Shown here piece after piece: positions 1 through 9,685 of a stretch of DNA of 64,000 nucleotides. Position 1 is the stretch's first letter. Every line of letters starts with the position of its first letter. The position numbers and the translations under genes were made by a program. The stretch comes from Candidatus Poribacteria bacterium. Lineage in GTDB: Bacteria; Poribacteria; WGA-4E; WGA-3G. The notes below the pieces were generated by a model. It saw nothing but the letters and a program-made list of their open reading frames with translations. It made no database searches and was not told the DNA's origin. The stretch covers positions 2,400,001 through 2,464,000 of the forward strand of contig OZ243938.1 in NCBI GenBank assembly GCA_965214095.1, given 5' to 3'.

Positions 1-1
1 A

Positions 2-1015
2 GGGATTGGTGAGTGCACATATCACACCCGACTAAACCATGTTGTCATAGAACTTATCAAAGATTGGGGTGAACGTTTTCTCAAAGGAGCGGATCCCTTT
101 CGTATAGAAAAAATCTGGTCAACACTCTACGAAGGACCTTGTGTTAGACATTCCGGTCCGCTTGTTACACCAGCAATGAGTGCAATAGAGATGGCGTGTT
201 GGGATATTGTCGGGAAAGCAGTTAACCAACCGATTTACAACCTATTAGGCGGCATGTTCCATGAAAAATTACGAGCATATTCCTATCTCTTGGAATGGCG
301 GAACGGCGATTCACCTGAAAAAACTGGTGAACTTGTCCTCTCTTACATAGAAAAAGGATTCACCGCTGTCAAATTTGACCCTGTACATCCACACACAGCA
401 GACAGATTAGAAACCCTCAACTATGCTGAGAGTGTCATACGTGGAATTCGTGATGCTGTAGGAGATAAGTGTGATATACTCATCGGCACACACGGACAAT
501 TCAATACCAATAGTGCAATCCGTTTCGCTAAACGCGTTGAACCGTATGACCCGTTATGGTTTGAGGAGCCAATCCCGCCTGAAAATATAAAAGAGATGGC
601 ACGTGTTGCTCAATTTACCAGCATACCCATTGCAACAGGTGAGAGATTGCTAACAAAATTTGAGTTTGCGGACCTATTGGAACAACAAGCCGCATCTATC
701 TTACAAATGGACTTGACCATTACCGGCGGCATTCTTGAAGCAAAGAAGATTGCCTCTATGGGTGAAGCACACTATGCACAAATTGCTCCACATCTCTATG
801 GCGGTCCAATCGGCGGTGCAGCCAATATACAATTAGATGTATGCAGTCCAAATTTCCTTATTCAGGAAGGTATCCACATGTGGGACGGTTTCCACGCCGA
901 TATACTCAAAGAACCTATCCAATGGGAAAACGGATATATAATTCCATCTACAAAACCCGGTCTCGGTATAGAACTGAACGAAGAAGTATTGCAAAAACAC
1001 AGCATAGAACTCTGA
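2..1015 (+). CDS. Mandelate racemase/muconate lactonizing (enolase superfamily) enzyme, galactonate dehydratase-like; 5' truncated by window edge
   Basis: Frame is open from position 2 (GIGECT...); motifs WDIVGK, KFDP, WFEEP, ATGE, PH, QE, PGLGIE. Confidence 0.88.
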   Translation, partial: GIGECTYHTRLNHVVIELIKDWGERFLKGADPFRIEKIWSTLYEGPCVRHSGPLVTPAMSAIEMACWDIVGKAVNQPIYNLLGGMFHEKLRAYSYLLEWRNGDSPEKTGELVLSYIEKGFTAVKFDPVHPHTADRLETLNYAESVIRGIRDAVGDKCDILIGTHGQFNTNSAIRFAKRVEPYDPLWFEEPIPPENIKEMARVAQFTSIPIATGERLLTKFEFADLLEQQAASILQMDLTITGGILEAKKIASMGEAHYAQIAPHLYGGPIGGAANIQLDVCSPNFLIQEGIHMWDGFHADILKEPIQWENGYIIPSTKPGLGIELNEEVLQKHSIEL

Positions 1016-1028
1016 GGAAAAGGTAGGC

Positions 1029-3350
1029 ATGTCAACAGCAGACACACCAACGGGTACGCTTGATGCGCTGCCCGAATCTATTGAGCAAACATTAAAGACA
1101 CTGGATATTCATTTTGAAGTGATAAGATTTGCCGTACGCGGTGATGTTAGTCATACAGGCACTTTTGGTGAAGAATGGTTTGTGTTGACAGATGCTGCTA
1201 TATTCACAGTAACTGGTGAAGGTGAGGTGCTTCACTATATACCTTATGAAAGTGTACTTGGTATTCGGGCAGAGTCCGTTGTTGATGCTGGACTCGTCGT
1301 GTTGGAAACACAAGAAGGCACGATAGACCTAATCCGTTACTCAAACAGTTGTGCCGCGAAGTTCGGATTTGTCGCGCGTTTTATTGGAGATGAGATTGAA
1401 TACCGTGACGGTAAACGCGATGAAGCACCAGTTTGGGACTATAAGGTTGAGGAACATTCATGCAAAACTTGTGGATTGCTACTTGCTGATGAGTTCTCCC
1501 CATGTCCTAAGTGTACTAAGAAACATAGGGTGATGCTTCGCATATTAGCATATCTGCGTCCGTACCGTAGCAAAGCAATGCTCTTTATTCTGTTCGTCAT
1601 CGTTGGAACAGTCCTTTTCTTAATTCCACCATATTTCTCGCGTATCCTAATTGATGATATTTTACTACTTAACGATGCCGCCGCACCGACGACAGATGAA
1701 AATATAACATGGTTGGGGAACATATTCAGATCGCTTCAACCTGTGGCATTGGCGTTGTCAGTCGCTATAGGTGGATTATTAACTACGCATCTCATCCGTG
1801 TTTTATTTACTGTGCTACAATCAAGATTGAGTGCTTGGTTGACGTTTCGGATCGCAGCAAATATACGTGCACATGTCTATGAACAGCTGCACAATCTATC
1901 TATCCGTTTTTTCGACAAAAGAACAACTGGCACTGTTATCTCTCATATCACCGAAGATAGTGAGCGATTACAAGACTTTCTGTTGGAAGGCTTATCATTC
2001 CTAAGTGTACAGTTGTTTCTGTTTTTCGGTATAGGTAGCATGCTGTTTCTGATGAATTGGAAATTGGCGTGTTTCATTCTAATCCCGATTCCAATCATAG
2101 TCCTAGGAGCTGGTTGGTTTTGGCGTAAAGTACGTAGCCTTTGGCATCGCGCTTGGCGCAGACGGTCAAAACTTTTTGATGTTGTCAACGATTCTGTTTC
2201 TGGTATACGAGTCGTTCGTGCATTCGGTCAACAGACAAGTGAAGTTAGTCGTTTCGGTGGGGCAAACATTGACGCACGTGACCATGAAACAGAGGCTGAA
2301 CTCATCTGGGCAACCTATTATCCACCACTGATGTTTGCTGTCCAATTCGGTTCGCTTATTATTTGGTATGTCGGGGGACTTGATGTACTCGCTGGAACAA
2401 TGACACTTGGAACACTTATGGCTTTTCACGCCTATCTCACTATGTTCTATGAACCGCTGAGATATGTCAGCCCTCTCATTAACTGGGCTTCTCGTTCTAT
2501 GACTGCAGCGGAAAGGTTATTTGAAGTCATAGACTCACAACCCGAACAGTTAGACGATGGAAATCTCAAAGCAATGCCTAATATTCTTGGTGAAGTCCAA
2601 TTCCACAACATGACTTTTGGATACGATTCCCATAAACCTGTACTCAAAGACATCAATCTGCATGTCAAACCCGGTGAGATGATAGGTCTCGTTGGGCATT
2701 CTGGGGCAGGGAAGTCTACTCTCATTAATCTCATTTGCCGGTTCTATACGCCAGATGGAGGTAAATTAGAAATCGATGGTGAAGACATAAAGCAGATTAA
2801 CCTCCGAGATTTACGTAGGCAGATTGGTGTGGTACTACAGGAACCGTATCTCTTCAGCGGGACCATAGGAGAGAATATCGCTTACGCAAATCCTGATGCA
2901 AGTATGGAGGATATAATCACCGCGGCAAAGGCTGCAAACGCACACGAATTCATCGTCAAGTTCCCTGATGGATATGATACGGAAGTCGGTGAACGTGGTG
3001 GTAGTCTATCCGGTGGAGAACGGCAACGGATCTCAATCGCAAGGGCAATTTTGCATAATCCACGTATTTTGATCCTTGATGAAGCTACCTCTTCGGTAGA
3101 TGTGGAAACTGAGAAGAAGATACAGCAAGCGATAGACAGGTTAGTTCAAAACCGAACTACATTTGCAATCGCACACCGCCTCTCCACACTCCGAAATGCA
3201 GATAGACTATTTGTGATTGAAAAAGGGAAAGGTGTTGAATGCGGATCCCACGCGGAACTTATGGAGAAAAAGGGTATCTATTACAAACTTGTAGAAACAC
3301 AGCGCGAAGCCGCGAATGTTCGTGCTGAAGCACAGATCGTGGAGAGGTAA
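1029..3350 (+). CDS. ABC exporter, fused permease/ATPase, with N-terminal PH-like extension and CxxC..CxxC zinc ribbon (cyanophycin-associated ABC-like family)
   Basis: Walker A GHSGAGKS, LSGGERQR, ILDEATS; TM block; CKTC/CPKC; followed by a DUF1854-like gene. Confidence 0.9.
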   Translation: MSTADTPTGTLDALPESIEQTLKTLDIHFEVIRFAVRGDVSHTGTFGEEWFVLTDAAIFTVTGEGEVLHYIPYESVLGIRAESVVDAGLVVLETQEGTIDLIRYSNSCAAKFGFVARFIGDEIEYRDGKRDEAPVWDYKVEEHSCKTCGLLLADEFSPCPKCTKKHRVMLRILAYLRPYRSKAMLFILFVIVGTVLFLIPPYFSRILIDDILLLNDAAAPTTDENITWLGNIFRSLQPVALALSVAIGGLLTTHLIRVLFTVLQSRLSAWLTFRIAANIRAHVYEQLHNLSIRFFDKRTTGTVISHITEDSERLQDFLLEGLSFLSVQLFLFFGIGSMLFLMNWKLACFILIPIPIIVLGAGWFWRKVRSLWHRAWRRRSKLFDVVNDSVSGIRVVRAFGQQTSEVSRFGGANIDARDHETEAELIWATYYPPLMFAVQFGSLIIWYVGGLDVLAGTMTLGTLMAFHAYLTMFYEPLRYVSPLINWASRSMTAAERLFEVIDSQPEQLDDGNLKAMPNILGEVQFHNMTFGYDSHKPVLKDINLHVKPGEMIGLVGHSGAGKSTLINLICRFYTPDGGKLEIDGEDIKQINLRDLRRQIGVVLQEPYLFSGTIGENIAYANPDASMEDIITAAKAANAHEFIVKFPDGYDTEVGERGGSLSGGERQRISIARAILHNPRILILDEATSSVDVETEKKIQQAIDRLVQNRTTFAIAHRLSTLRNADRLFVIEKGKGVECGSHAELMEKKGIYYKLVETQREAANVRAEAQIVER

Positions 3351-3352
3351 AG

Positions 3353-3913
3353 ATGCAGGACAAAAATGTAGAAGAACAGAACAAAGATAAAACCAATTCA
3401 ACAAAAGAACCTGAACAAGATGACTTTACACAACGTTTTCTGGAGGCAAAAGAACTTACGTTCTCGCGTTCACCGGTAGGCACTGCAAGACTTGAAATCC
3501 ATAATCAAGTATGCCATCTACGGGTTATTGTGCGGAGACTCATGCCACTCAGCAATCCAGACCAATATATATCACTCGCAGCAGATGAGGATACTGAAAT
3601 CGGCATCCTTGTAAACCCATCTGAACTCACATCTGAAAGTCAAAATATACTAAACGAAGAATTAAACAAACGCTATTTCACACCAACTATAAAGAAAATA
3701 TATCGTGTCAAAGAACAATTCGGCATACATGAATGGGAGGTCGAAACGGAACGCGGTCGTGTGACATTCCAAGTACGCGGATTGAATCAAAATATAAAAC
3801 AGGCACTCCCAGCACGGCTTTTTGTGACAGATGTGCGAGGGAATCGATACGATATACCAGATTATCGGGAGTTAGATGCGAAGAGTTTCCATCAAATTCA
3901 ACGCCATCTATAA
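3353..3913 (+). CDS. DUF1854-like protein
   Basis: RLMPLSNPDQYISL, RYFTPTI, WEVETERG, DVRGNRY motifs; usual partner of this ABC family. Confidence 0.8.
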   Translation: MQDKNVEEQNKDKTNSTKEPEQDDFTQRFLEAKELTFSRSPVGTARLEIHNQVCHLRVIVRRLMPLSNPDQYISLAADEDTEIGILVNPSELTSESQNILNEELNKRYFTPTIKKIYRVKEQFGIHEWEVETERGRVTFQVRGLNQNIKQALPARLFVTDVRGNRYDIPDYRELDAKSFHQIQRHL

Positions 3914-3920
3914 ATACACA

Positions 3921-5255
3921 ATGAAACAGAAACGGATCTATTCAGTCATCGCATCAGTGATTGTCCACATTATCCTTGTAGTCATCATCGGACTGCTTTT
4001 TACGGAACATTATTGGATGTTTGATGAAGACGCAATAGACGTAAACATTATCCCTGCCACATCGCAGAGAAACGTTGTATACCGAACACACAGAAGCATG
4101 TCCCTGCCAACTACACAGCAGACTGTCCGACCGCAGAATGTTGAGTTTACTACACGAGGCAACATCTCCCAGACAGTAACCTCAATTAATCGTCCGACAA
4201 CACATAATAAAGTTGACACAGATGTCCTGTATCCCAGTGATGTGTCTGTTCCTAATATGCGAGTAGATACAGACCTACCCGATGTAACGACTGCTCAAAA
4301 TTCCGCAGTTGCCGCCCCGTCTGTTCCTCCAACTGCAATGAAAACGAAAACGAATACAAATATGGTTATAAGTCCAAAGCCAATCAATCCTTCAGGTAGT
4401 GGTTTCGCTGAACTTCTTGATAGTCCTTTACCCGATGCCAACATAAATAATAAACTAAGCACTACCCTTCGAAATCCTGTTCTGCTGCCGCAAGGACAAT
4501 TGGGTGGCATCCTATCAGGAACAAAAGAAAATATACGCGGTCATATACGGATAATTCGTCTCAAACATTCGCTGTCGGATTGGTGGCAAGACCCGACTGC
4601 ACTCCCTGCTCTCATGAATTGGATGGATAAACACACTACAATCCGCGTAGATATGAGCGTTGCCGGTGGTGCATTACCTATTACAGACCCCCTCATTTTT
4701 GACGCACCGCTCATTGTAATGACAGGACATGACAGAGATATTACAGCCGGACGAGGACTTGCAAGAGATGGACCCCTGCAAGAACGGTTCACACCTGAAG
4801 AACATGCTGCCCTCAGAAAATATATCATTAATGAAGGGGGAATGCTCTTCTTTGATGACTGCGGGTTTCACGGGCTCTTTGCACATATCGTGGCTGAGGA
4901 GTTGCAACTGATTTTCCCTGAATATCCACTTGAAATCATACCCTATGAACATGAGATATATAGGATACACTACCACCTCACAAAACCACCGATAGGGGGA
5001 GATGTGTTCTGGGGAAATGAAAATAACGCACAACCCACGCAGTTCCGTTATCAGAAAGGGATTACGATAGACAATCGTTTAGCGGTTGTCTATAACAGGA
5101 AGGATTATATGTGTGCTATGGAAACTGCAGAAATTGAGAGTCGAACTATGTTACGGCTCCGACGTTCTCCTGATGTATATCGGTTTATGACAAACATGTT
5201 AGTATATGCGTTGAAATATGGTGGGAATACAGATCGATCGGACTATAAGGAGTAG
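3921..5255 (+). CDS. Membrane-anchored DUF4159-like domain protein
   Basis: N-terminal TM (SVIVHIIL), low-complexity linker, C-terminal DWWQDP..MTGH..GGMLFFDDC domain; ATG 3921 preferred over 3876. Confidence 0.75.
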   Translation: MKQKRIYSVIASVIVHIILVVIIGLLFTEHYWMFDEDAIDVNIIPATSQRNVVYRTHRSMSLPTTQQTVRPQNVEFTTRGNISQTVTSINRPTTHNKVDTDVLYPSDVSVPNMRVDTDLPDVTTAQNSAVAAPSVPPTAMKTKTNTNMVISPKPINPSGSGFAELLDSPLPDANINNKLSTTLRNPVLLPQGQLGGILSGTKENIRGHIRIIRLKHSLSDWWQDPTALPALMNWMDKHTTIRVDMSVAGGALPITDPLIFDAPLIVMTGHDRDITAGRGLARDGPLQERFTPEEHAALRKYIINEGGMLFFDDCGFHGLFAHIVAEELQLIFPEYPLEIIPYEHEIYRIHYHLTKPPIGGDVFWGNENNAQPTQFRYQKGITIDNRLAVVYNRKDYMCAMETAEIESRTMLRLRRSPDVYRFMTNMLVYALKYGGNTDRSDYKE

Positions 5256-5279
5256 TCTTTTATCCTAATCCTAAATGTT

Positions 5280-5735
5280 CTAAGGTAAAACAGCAAGGGG
5301 AATGAATAGAACAAATATTAACTCTATCGCGTAGAACAGAATTAGAGTAACAGAAAAGATAGCAGAAGCATAATTACCTTTCGGTCTAACCTTATATATA
5401 CTGACATACATATTAAAGTCCGTGTCGTCTTGTTGTCGAACCGCATCATAATGGTGTCGAAACAACCGTTCCCCTTGAAGAAAATACGCATCCAGCAACC
5501 AAAAACCCAAGATGATGACACAGAGTACCGCACCCACTGCCAAGACGACAGGCATAGCGTCAGTTGCAGCTATATCATGATAAATAGTAAAAAAAACAAA
5601 AGTGACAAGTAGGACTTGAGAAGCTATGACAAGCAGCAGACTCCCACCTTTTGTCAACAAACTGTAAAATCCGTAGCGGATGATATATCGTTGTATCATC
5701 TCTAAATGTTTAACAACTTTTTCTGTGTTATTCAT
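5280..5735 (-). CDS. Small 3-TM membrane protein (KHLEMIQ..KG..FWxLDAYFL..ERLFR family)
   Basis: ORF track; three hydrophobic segments; ATG 5735 after GAGGGA. Confidence 0.7.
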   Translation of the reverse strand: MNNTEKVVKHLEMIQRYIIRYGFYSLLTKGGSLLLVIASQVLLVTFVFFTIYHDIAATDAMPVVLAVGAVLCVIILGFWLLDAYFLQGERLFRHHYDAVRQQDDTDFNMYVSIYKVRPKGNYASAIFSVTLILFYAIELIFVLFIPLAVLP

Positions 5736-5743
5736 AGGATCCC

Positions 5744-6553
5744 TCACCCATTCAGGTTACTTTGGTTTAGCAGGGTAACAATGTCATCTGGTAATTTGAC
5801 TTGATGCTTTTGCTCAAAGTCCTCAATGTCTTCATAATCCTTCCCAAAGTTCTCTATAACGATGTCTTCTTTCAGTTCTATCGCATCTGTTATATCTGTT
5901 TTTGCTTTCTCCCACTCTTTAAGGATTAACCACGTCATGCCACGATTATAGGATGCCACTGCTAATTCAGGATTGCGTTCTATTGCTACGGTATAATCTT
6001 TGATTGCCTGTTCATATTCACCTTTCTTCCTGTATATATTGCCACGGTTGTTGTAGGGATGAATAAGGTCAGGTCTCAATTCTAATGCCTTATTATATTC
6101 TTTCATGGCGCGATCAAACTCCTGTCTTTCATAATAAATTATGCCACGGTTATAATAAGCATAAGCAAAGTCAGGATCAAGGATTATAGCCGTTTTATAG
6201 TCTTCAATAGCTTGTTCTATTTCACCTTTGAGTTTATAAGCTATACCCCGATTGTTGTACGCAACAGGTAATTTTGGATCAAGTTTTATTGCAGTATTAC
6301 AATCTTCAATGGCACGATCATACTCACCTTTAATACGATATACCCCGCCACGGTTACTATAGGCTTCTGCATAGTTTTCTTTGAGTCGTATTGCTTTATT
6401 AAAATCTTGAATGGCTAAGTCAACCTCCCCAATATTTCCATAAGCAATTCCTCTGTGATTATATGCTTGGGGATAAGTTGGTAACTCCTTGATTGTATTG
6501 TTATAGTGCTGTATTGCCTTTTCGTAGAATTTCTGTACTGGTTGCATTTGCAT
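5744..6553 (-). CDS. Tetratricopeptide repeat protein
   Basis: About six 34-aa AYxNRG repeats; GGAG RBS. Confidence 0.9.
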   Translation of the reverse strand: MQMQPVQKFYEKAIQHYNNTIKELPTYPQAYNHRGIAYGNIGEVDLAIQDFNKAIRLKENYAEAYSNRGGVYRIKGEYDRAIEDCNTAIKLDPKLPVAYNNRGIAYKLKGEIEQAIEDYKTAIILDPDFAYAYYNRGIIYYERQEFDRAMKEYNKALELRPDLIHPYNNRGNIYRKKGEYEQAIKDYTVAIERNPELAVASYNRGMTWLILKEWEKAKTDITDAIELKEDIVIENFGKDYEDIEDFEQKHQVKLPDDIVTLLNQSNLNG

Positions 6554-6576
6554 GTTGTCTCCAATTGATCTTCAAG

Positions 6577-7266
6577 TCACGAACTTTCAATCTGTATTAG
6601 GTCTTCTTCCCTTTCAGTTAATACTTCATAATCTGTTATATATGCTTTCTTATGGATGCCTTGATTTCTAATAAATCCATGAAGGTCATTATAGACTGTT
6701 TGTGTTGAGATTCCGTGCTGATTCTGTAAATAATCAAGCATTGGTTCCTTAAGTGTTTGTGGTATATCAATTTCAGTGAATTGGTCAACATCAATGAATC
6801 CCTTCTGTGGTTCAACAAATATGCTCTTCTGTGCTATGATGCGGTTTTGCGGATTACGCGGAGATTTGATAGATACCAATGTTCCTACTGTTCTCTTCAA
6901 GAGGATTATTCTACCATCTTCGCTTGGAAATCCATCACATGCAAAAAAGAGTGCTATATGACTATCTGTTGTAAAATCGATTAGATTGGTATGTCCACCG
7001 AAATGTTGAAGTTCTGTCATTATTTCAAATTCATCTGTTTCGTGGGTATAATCTTTCGCAACTTCAATCATCTGTTCTTGAATCGCGACAATATTAAAAT
7101 CATCTTTTCCGATTTCCTCTCGGCATTCACGCCATAGATTTGAGGATACTTTCTCATAGTGTTCGGGTTCGCCGCGATAGATGAAATCACCACCAATTGA
7201 TTCTGTTGCTATCTCTCGTATTTTATCAAAGACTGTGTTTATTAACTGGTGTTCCTCTAAATTCAT
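6577..7266 (-). CDS. FRG domain protein
   Basis: FIYRGE, LQHFGGHTNLIDFT, IALFFAC, RIIAQKSIF. Confidence 0.85.
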   Translation of the reverse strand: MNLEEHQLINTVFDKIREIATESIGGDFIYRGEPEHYEKVSSNLWRECREEIGKDDFNIVAIQEQMIEVAKDYTHETDEFEIMTELQHFGGHTNLIDFTTDSHIALFFACDGFPSEDGRIILLKRTVGTLVSIKSPRNPQNRIIAQKSIFVEPQKGFIDVDQFTEIDIPQTLKEPMLDYLQNQHGISTQTVYNDLHGFIRNQGIHKKAYITDYEVLTEREEDLIQIESS

Positions 7267-7380
7267 ACTTCTTCAAATTCGCAATTCTTCAAGGTTTAGT
7301 GTAAGAAAAGTATACCAAATTTTCAATTCTATTTTCAAGAAGAAGTTCTGTTAGGGTGTGTAATCTTTATTATACCAATT

Positions 7381-8380
7381 GAACTCATAGCGAGTAACAT
7401 CTAAGCATCGTTGAAAGTTGCTCGAAAATTTATCATTGAATATGCTAAATTACGAAAACCTAAACGTGTTTCTTTGAGTTTATCATAACTTAGAACGAGT
7501 CTTCGGTAAGTATCTTGCCACCCGAAAGTTCGCTCTACTTTATACCGGTCTTTGTATATATCTTTTCTAAACCACCGGAACTTGCGAGCGATAGCGATAG
7601 GTTCTTTAGTGTTTCGTTTGTTAGGGTAGATCACTGGGATCAGTCCTTGTTCTTTAATAATCTTATGATTCACCTTGGAATCAAAACCAGAATCCAGCGT
7701 TAGCGCGGAACCATCAAGTGCCATGCCAATCCGATTGCTGAAGGAGATGAGTTCGGTCAATGCCTCGGGCAAAATCGTTGTATCATGTTGGTTCACTGGT
7801 TTGAGGGTTATTGGACCAATGATAAAACCTTTATTGTCGGTGATAGCCACCTCTTTTTCACCTTTTTGATGTTTATGACCTGAATACCCTATGGTGTCAC
7901 CCCTTTTTTTACAACAGTGTTTGAACCATCACCATGTAAACAAGAGGTGTCAAGTTGATCACTATCATGAAGATGTATGACAGATGCTTCAAAAAGTTTC
8001 TCATAAGAACCATCTTTTGACCAACGATTATGCCATTTATAGACGTTAGACCAATGGAGTTCATTACGCCGTGTGCGGAGTTGATCCCATTGAATACCGG
8101 TATGTAAAACATAGAGGATATAGTTGAATATCTTATAGAAAGACAGTTTCGGTTTGGGACCTTTTATGCGTTTCTTTAGATGAGGTTTGATATAACGATT
8201 AAAATCCTTACGTGAAACCTGCTTCGGAATACCATTGTATCTGAGGGGCTCTTGAACCTTGTCTGCCATAACAACACCTTTCAATAAGTTATAGATATAT
8301 GAAGTGAAAGAATAGGACATAAATAAACTCTTGTGTTTCCCTATTATATAGCATTATTATGTTTTACTCAATATGAGTTC
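7381..8380 (-). mobile_element. IS5-family insertion sequence (1000 bp)
   Basis: 17-bp terminal IRs GAACTCATAGCGAGTAA (7381-7397) and TTACTCAATATGAGTTC (8364-8380), 15/17 match; two transposase ORFs inside. Confidence 0.85.
7401..8269 (-). CDS. IS5-family transposase, orfA (8269-7889) plus orfB joined by a probable -1 frameshift
   Basis: A7G4 slippery run at 7900-7910; the -1 frame reads GDTIGYSGHKHQKGEK into orfB; DDE residues in HGDGS, LDSGFD and RYKVERTFGW; TGIQW motif. Confidence 0.85.
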
Positions 8381-8488
8381 TTTCTAAAAAATAACATACC
8401 CTTAAAAATAGATGGTTCGTAGTCGCGCAATTCATTGCGTCTCTTACATTCTAATTCAAAAGGGAAATTCATTAATAGAATTGGTATT
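8381..8488. repeat. MITE family B copy (left tip stranded at 7371-7380 by IS5) carrying REP-like GTAGTCGCGCAATTCATTGCG
   Basis: Ends TATACCAATT...TAGAATTGGTATT; core shared with 16530 and 59747. Confidence 0.75.
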
Positions 8489-8503
8489 AGATGTTGAAAC
8501 ACA

Positions 8504-8537
8504 AAAGCGGTCATGGCTTTATTTCCATGACCGCTTT
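8504..8537 (-). terminator. Intrinsic terminator after korB
   Basis: AAAGCGGTCATGG-loop-CCATGACCGCTTT hairpin 23 nt past the stop. Confidence 0.75.
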
Positions 8538-8559
8538 CGTAATTAAACTATGGTGTGTC

Positions 8560-9597
8560 TTACTCAACAACCCATGTATCGCCAGCATTGAGGAGCGCGT
8601 CAAGGTCACCTTCGCCTCTTTGCTGTTTTGCTGAGGCAATCTGGGCAGTCATCATATCCTCATAGCAAGGTTGCTGAACACTTCGGAAGATACCGATAGG
8701 ATGTGGCATTTCAGGCATATCACTCATACGGGCAAGGAAATTCGCTAAAGTCGTATTTTCAGCAAATTGATCATGCACAATCAAATCTTCTGTGCCATTT
8801 GTCACGGCAGTGATTTCTGGCTGAAAGTTCTTCAAACGAATGCCCATCTCATTCTCTTTACCAAAGAGAAGCGGTTCACCGTGTTCAAGCTTGACCGTAT
8901 TGTCTGCTTTCGTGGATTTATCCGTATAGAGTTCAAAAGCATCTTTATTGAAGATAAGACAGTCTTGATAGATTTCTATGAAAGATGTACCCTTATGTTC
9001 GAATGCGGCTTTAATCATAGATTGTAGATGCCTGGAATCTGTGTCAAGTGACCGCGCAACAAAGGTCGCACTCGAAGCTAAAGCAAGACTAATCGGGTTA
9101 AATGGTGTTTCCAGAGAACCGAAGGGAGTAGATTTCGTTTTCTTTCCCTGTTCCGATGTTGGTGAATATTGCCCTTTCGTGAGACCGTAAATACGGTTGT
9201 TAAACAGCAGAACATTGATGTCAAAGTTACGCCGTAGGAGGTGAATGAAATGGTTTCCACCGATGGAAAGTGCATCTCCATCGCCAGTGACAACCCACAC
9301 TGATAGGTCAGGATTTGCCATCTTCACACCCGATGCAATGGTCGGTGCTCTGCCGTGAATCGTGTGAAAACCGTAAGTGTTCATGTAGTATGGAAAACGA
9401 CTTGAACAGCCGATTCCAGAGATAAAGACGATGTCCTCTCGAGGGATTCCCAACTCAGGCATAATACGTCTTGTTTGCGCGAGAATTGAGTAATCACCAC
9501 AACCAGGACACCAGCGGACATCCTGATCGGACATAAAATCTTTCTGGGTTAGGGTCGGGGCACCACCGGGAATGCCTGAAGCTTTTTTGTTTCTCAT
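8560..9597 (-). CDS. korB: 2-oxoacid:ferredoxin oxidoreductase beta subunit
   Basis: WCPGCGD, SGIGCSSR, TPP-binding GDGD...NN, GLTKGQ. Confidence 0.93.
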   Translation of the reverse strand: MRNKKASGIPGGAPTLTQKDFMSDQDVRWCPGCGDYSILAQTRRIMPELGIPREDIVFISGIGCSSRFPYYMNTYGFHTIHGRAPTIASGVKMANPDLSVWVVTGDGDALSIGGNHFIHLLRRNFDINVLLFNNRIYGLTKGQYSPTSEQGKKTKSTPFGSLETPFNPISLALASSATFVARSLDTDSRHLQSMIKAAFEHKGTSFIEIYQDCLIFNKDAFELYTDKSTKADNTVKLEHGEPLLFGKENEMGIRLKNFQPEITAVTNGTEDLIVHDQFAENTTLANFLARMSDMPEMPHPIGIFRSVQQPCYEDMMTAQIASAKQQRGEGDLDALLNAGDTWVVE

Positions 9598-9685
9598 GGC
9601 TATGCCTGCCTTTTTGTGCATTATTAGAGATTATATAACGTACTACGTCCGTTTAGTTTCATGCATATTTCAACGAGTCTGTCTG

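Noticed and set aside
6553-6580. FRG-TPR as one gene split by a point mutation or readthrough
   Set aside because: The ORFs are in different frames and the TPR gene has its own GGAG RBS; treated as two genes, though an ancestral fusion is possible.
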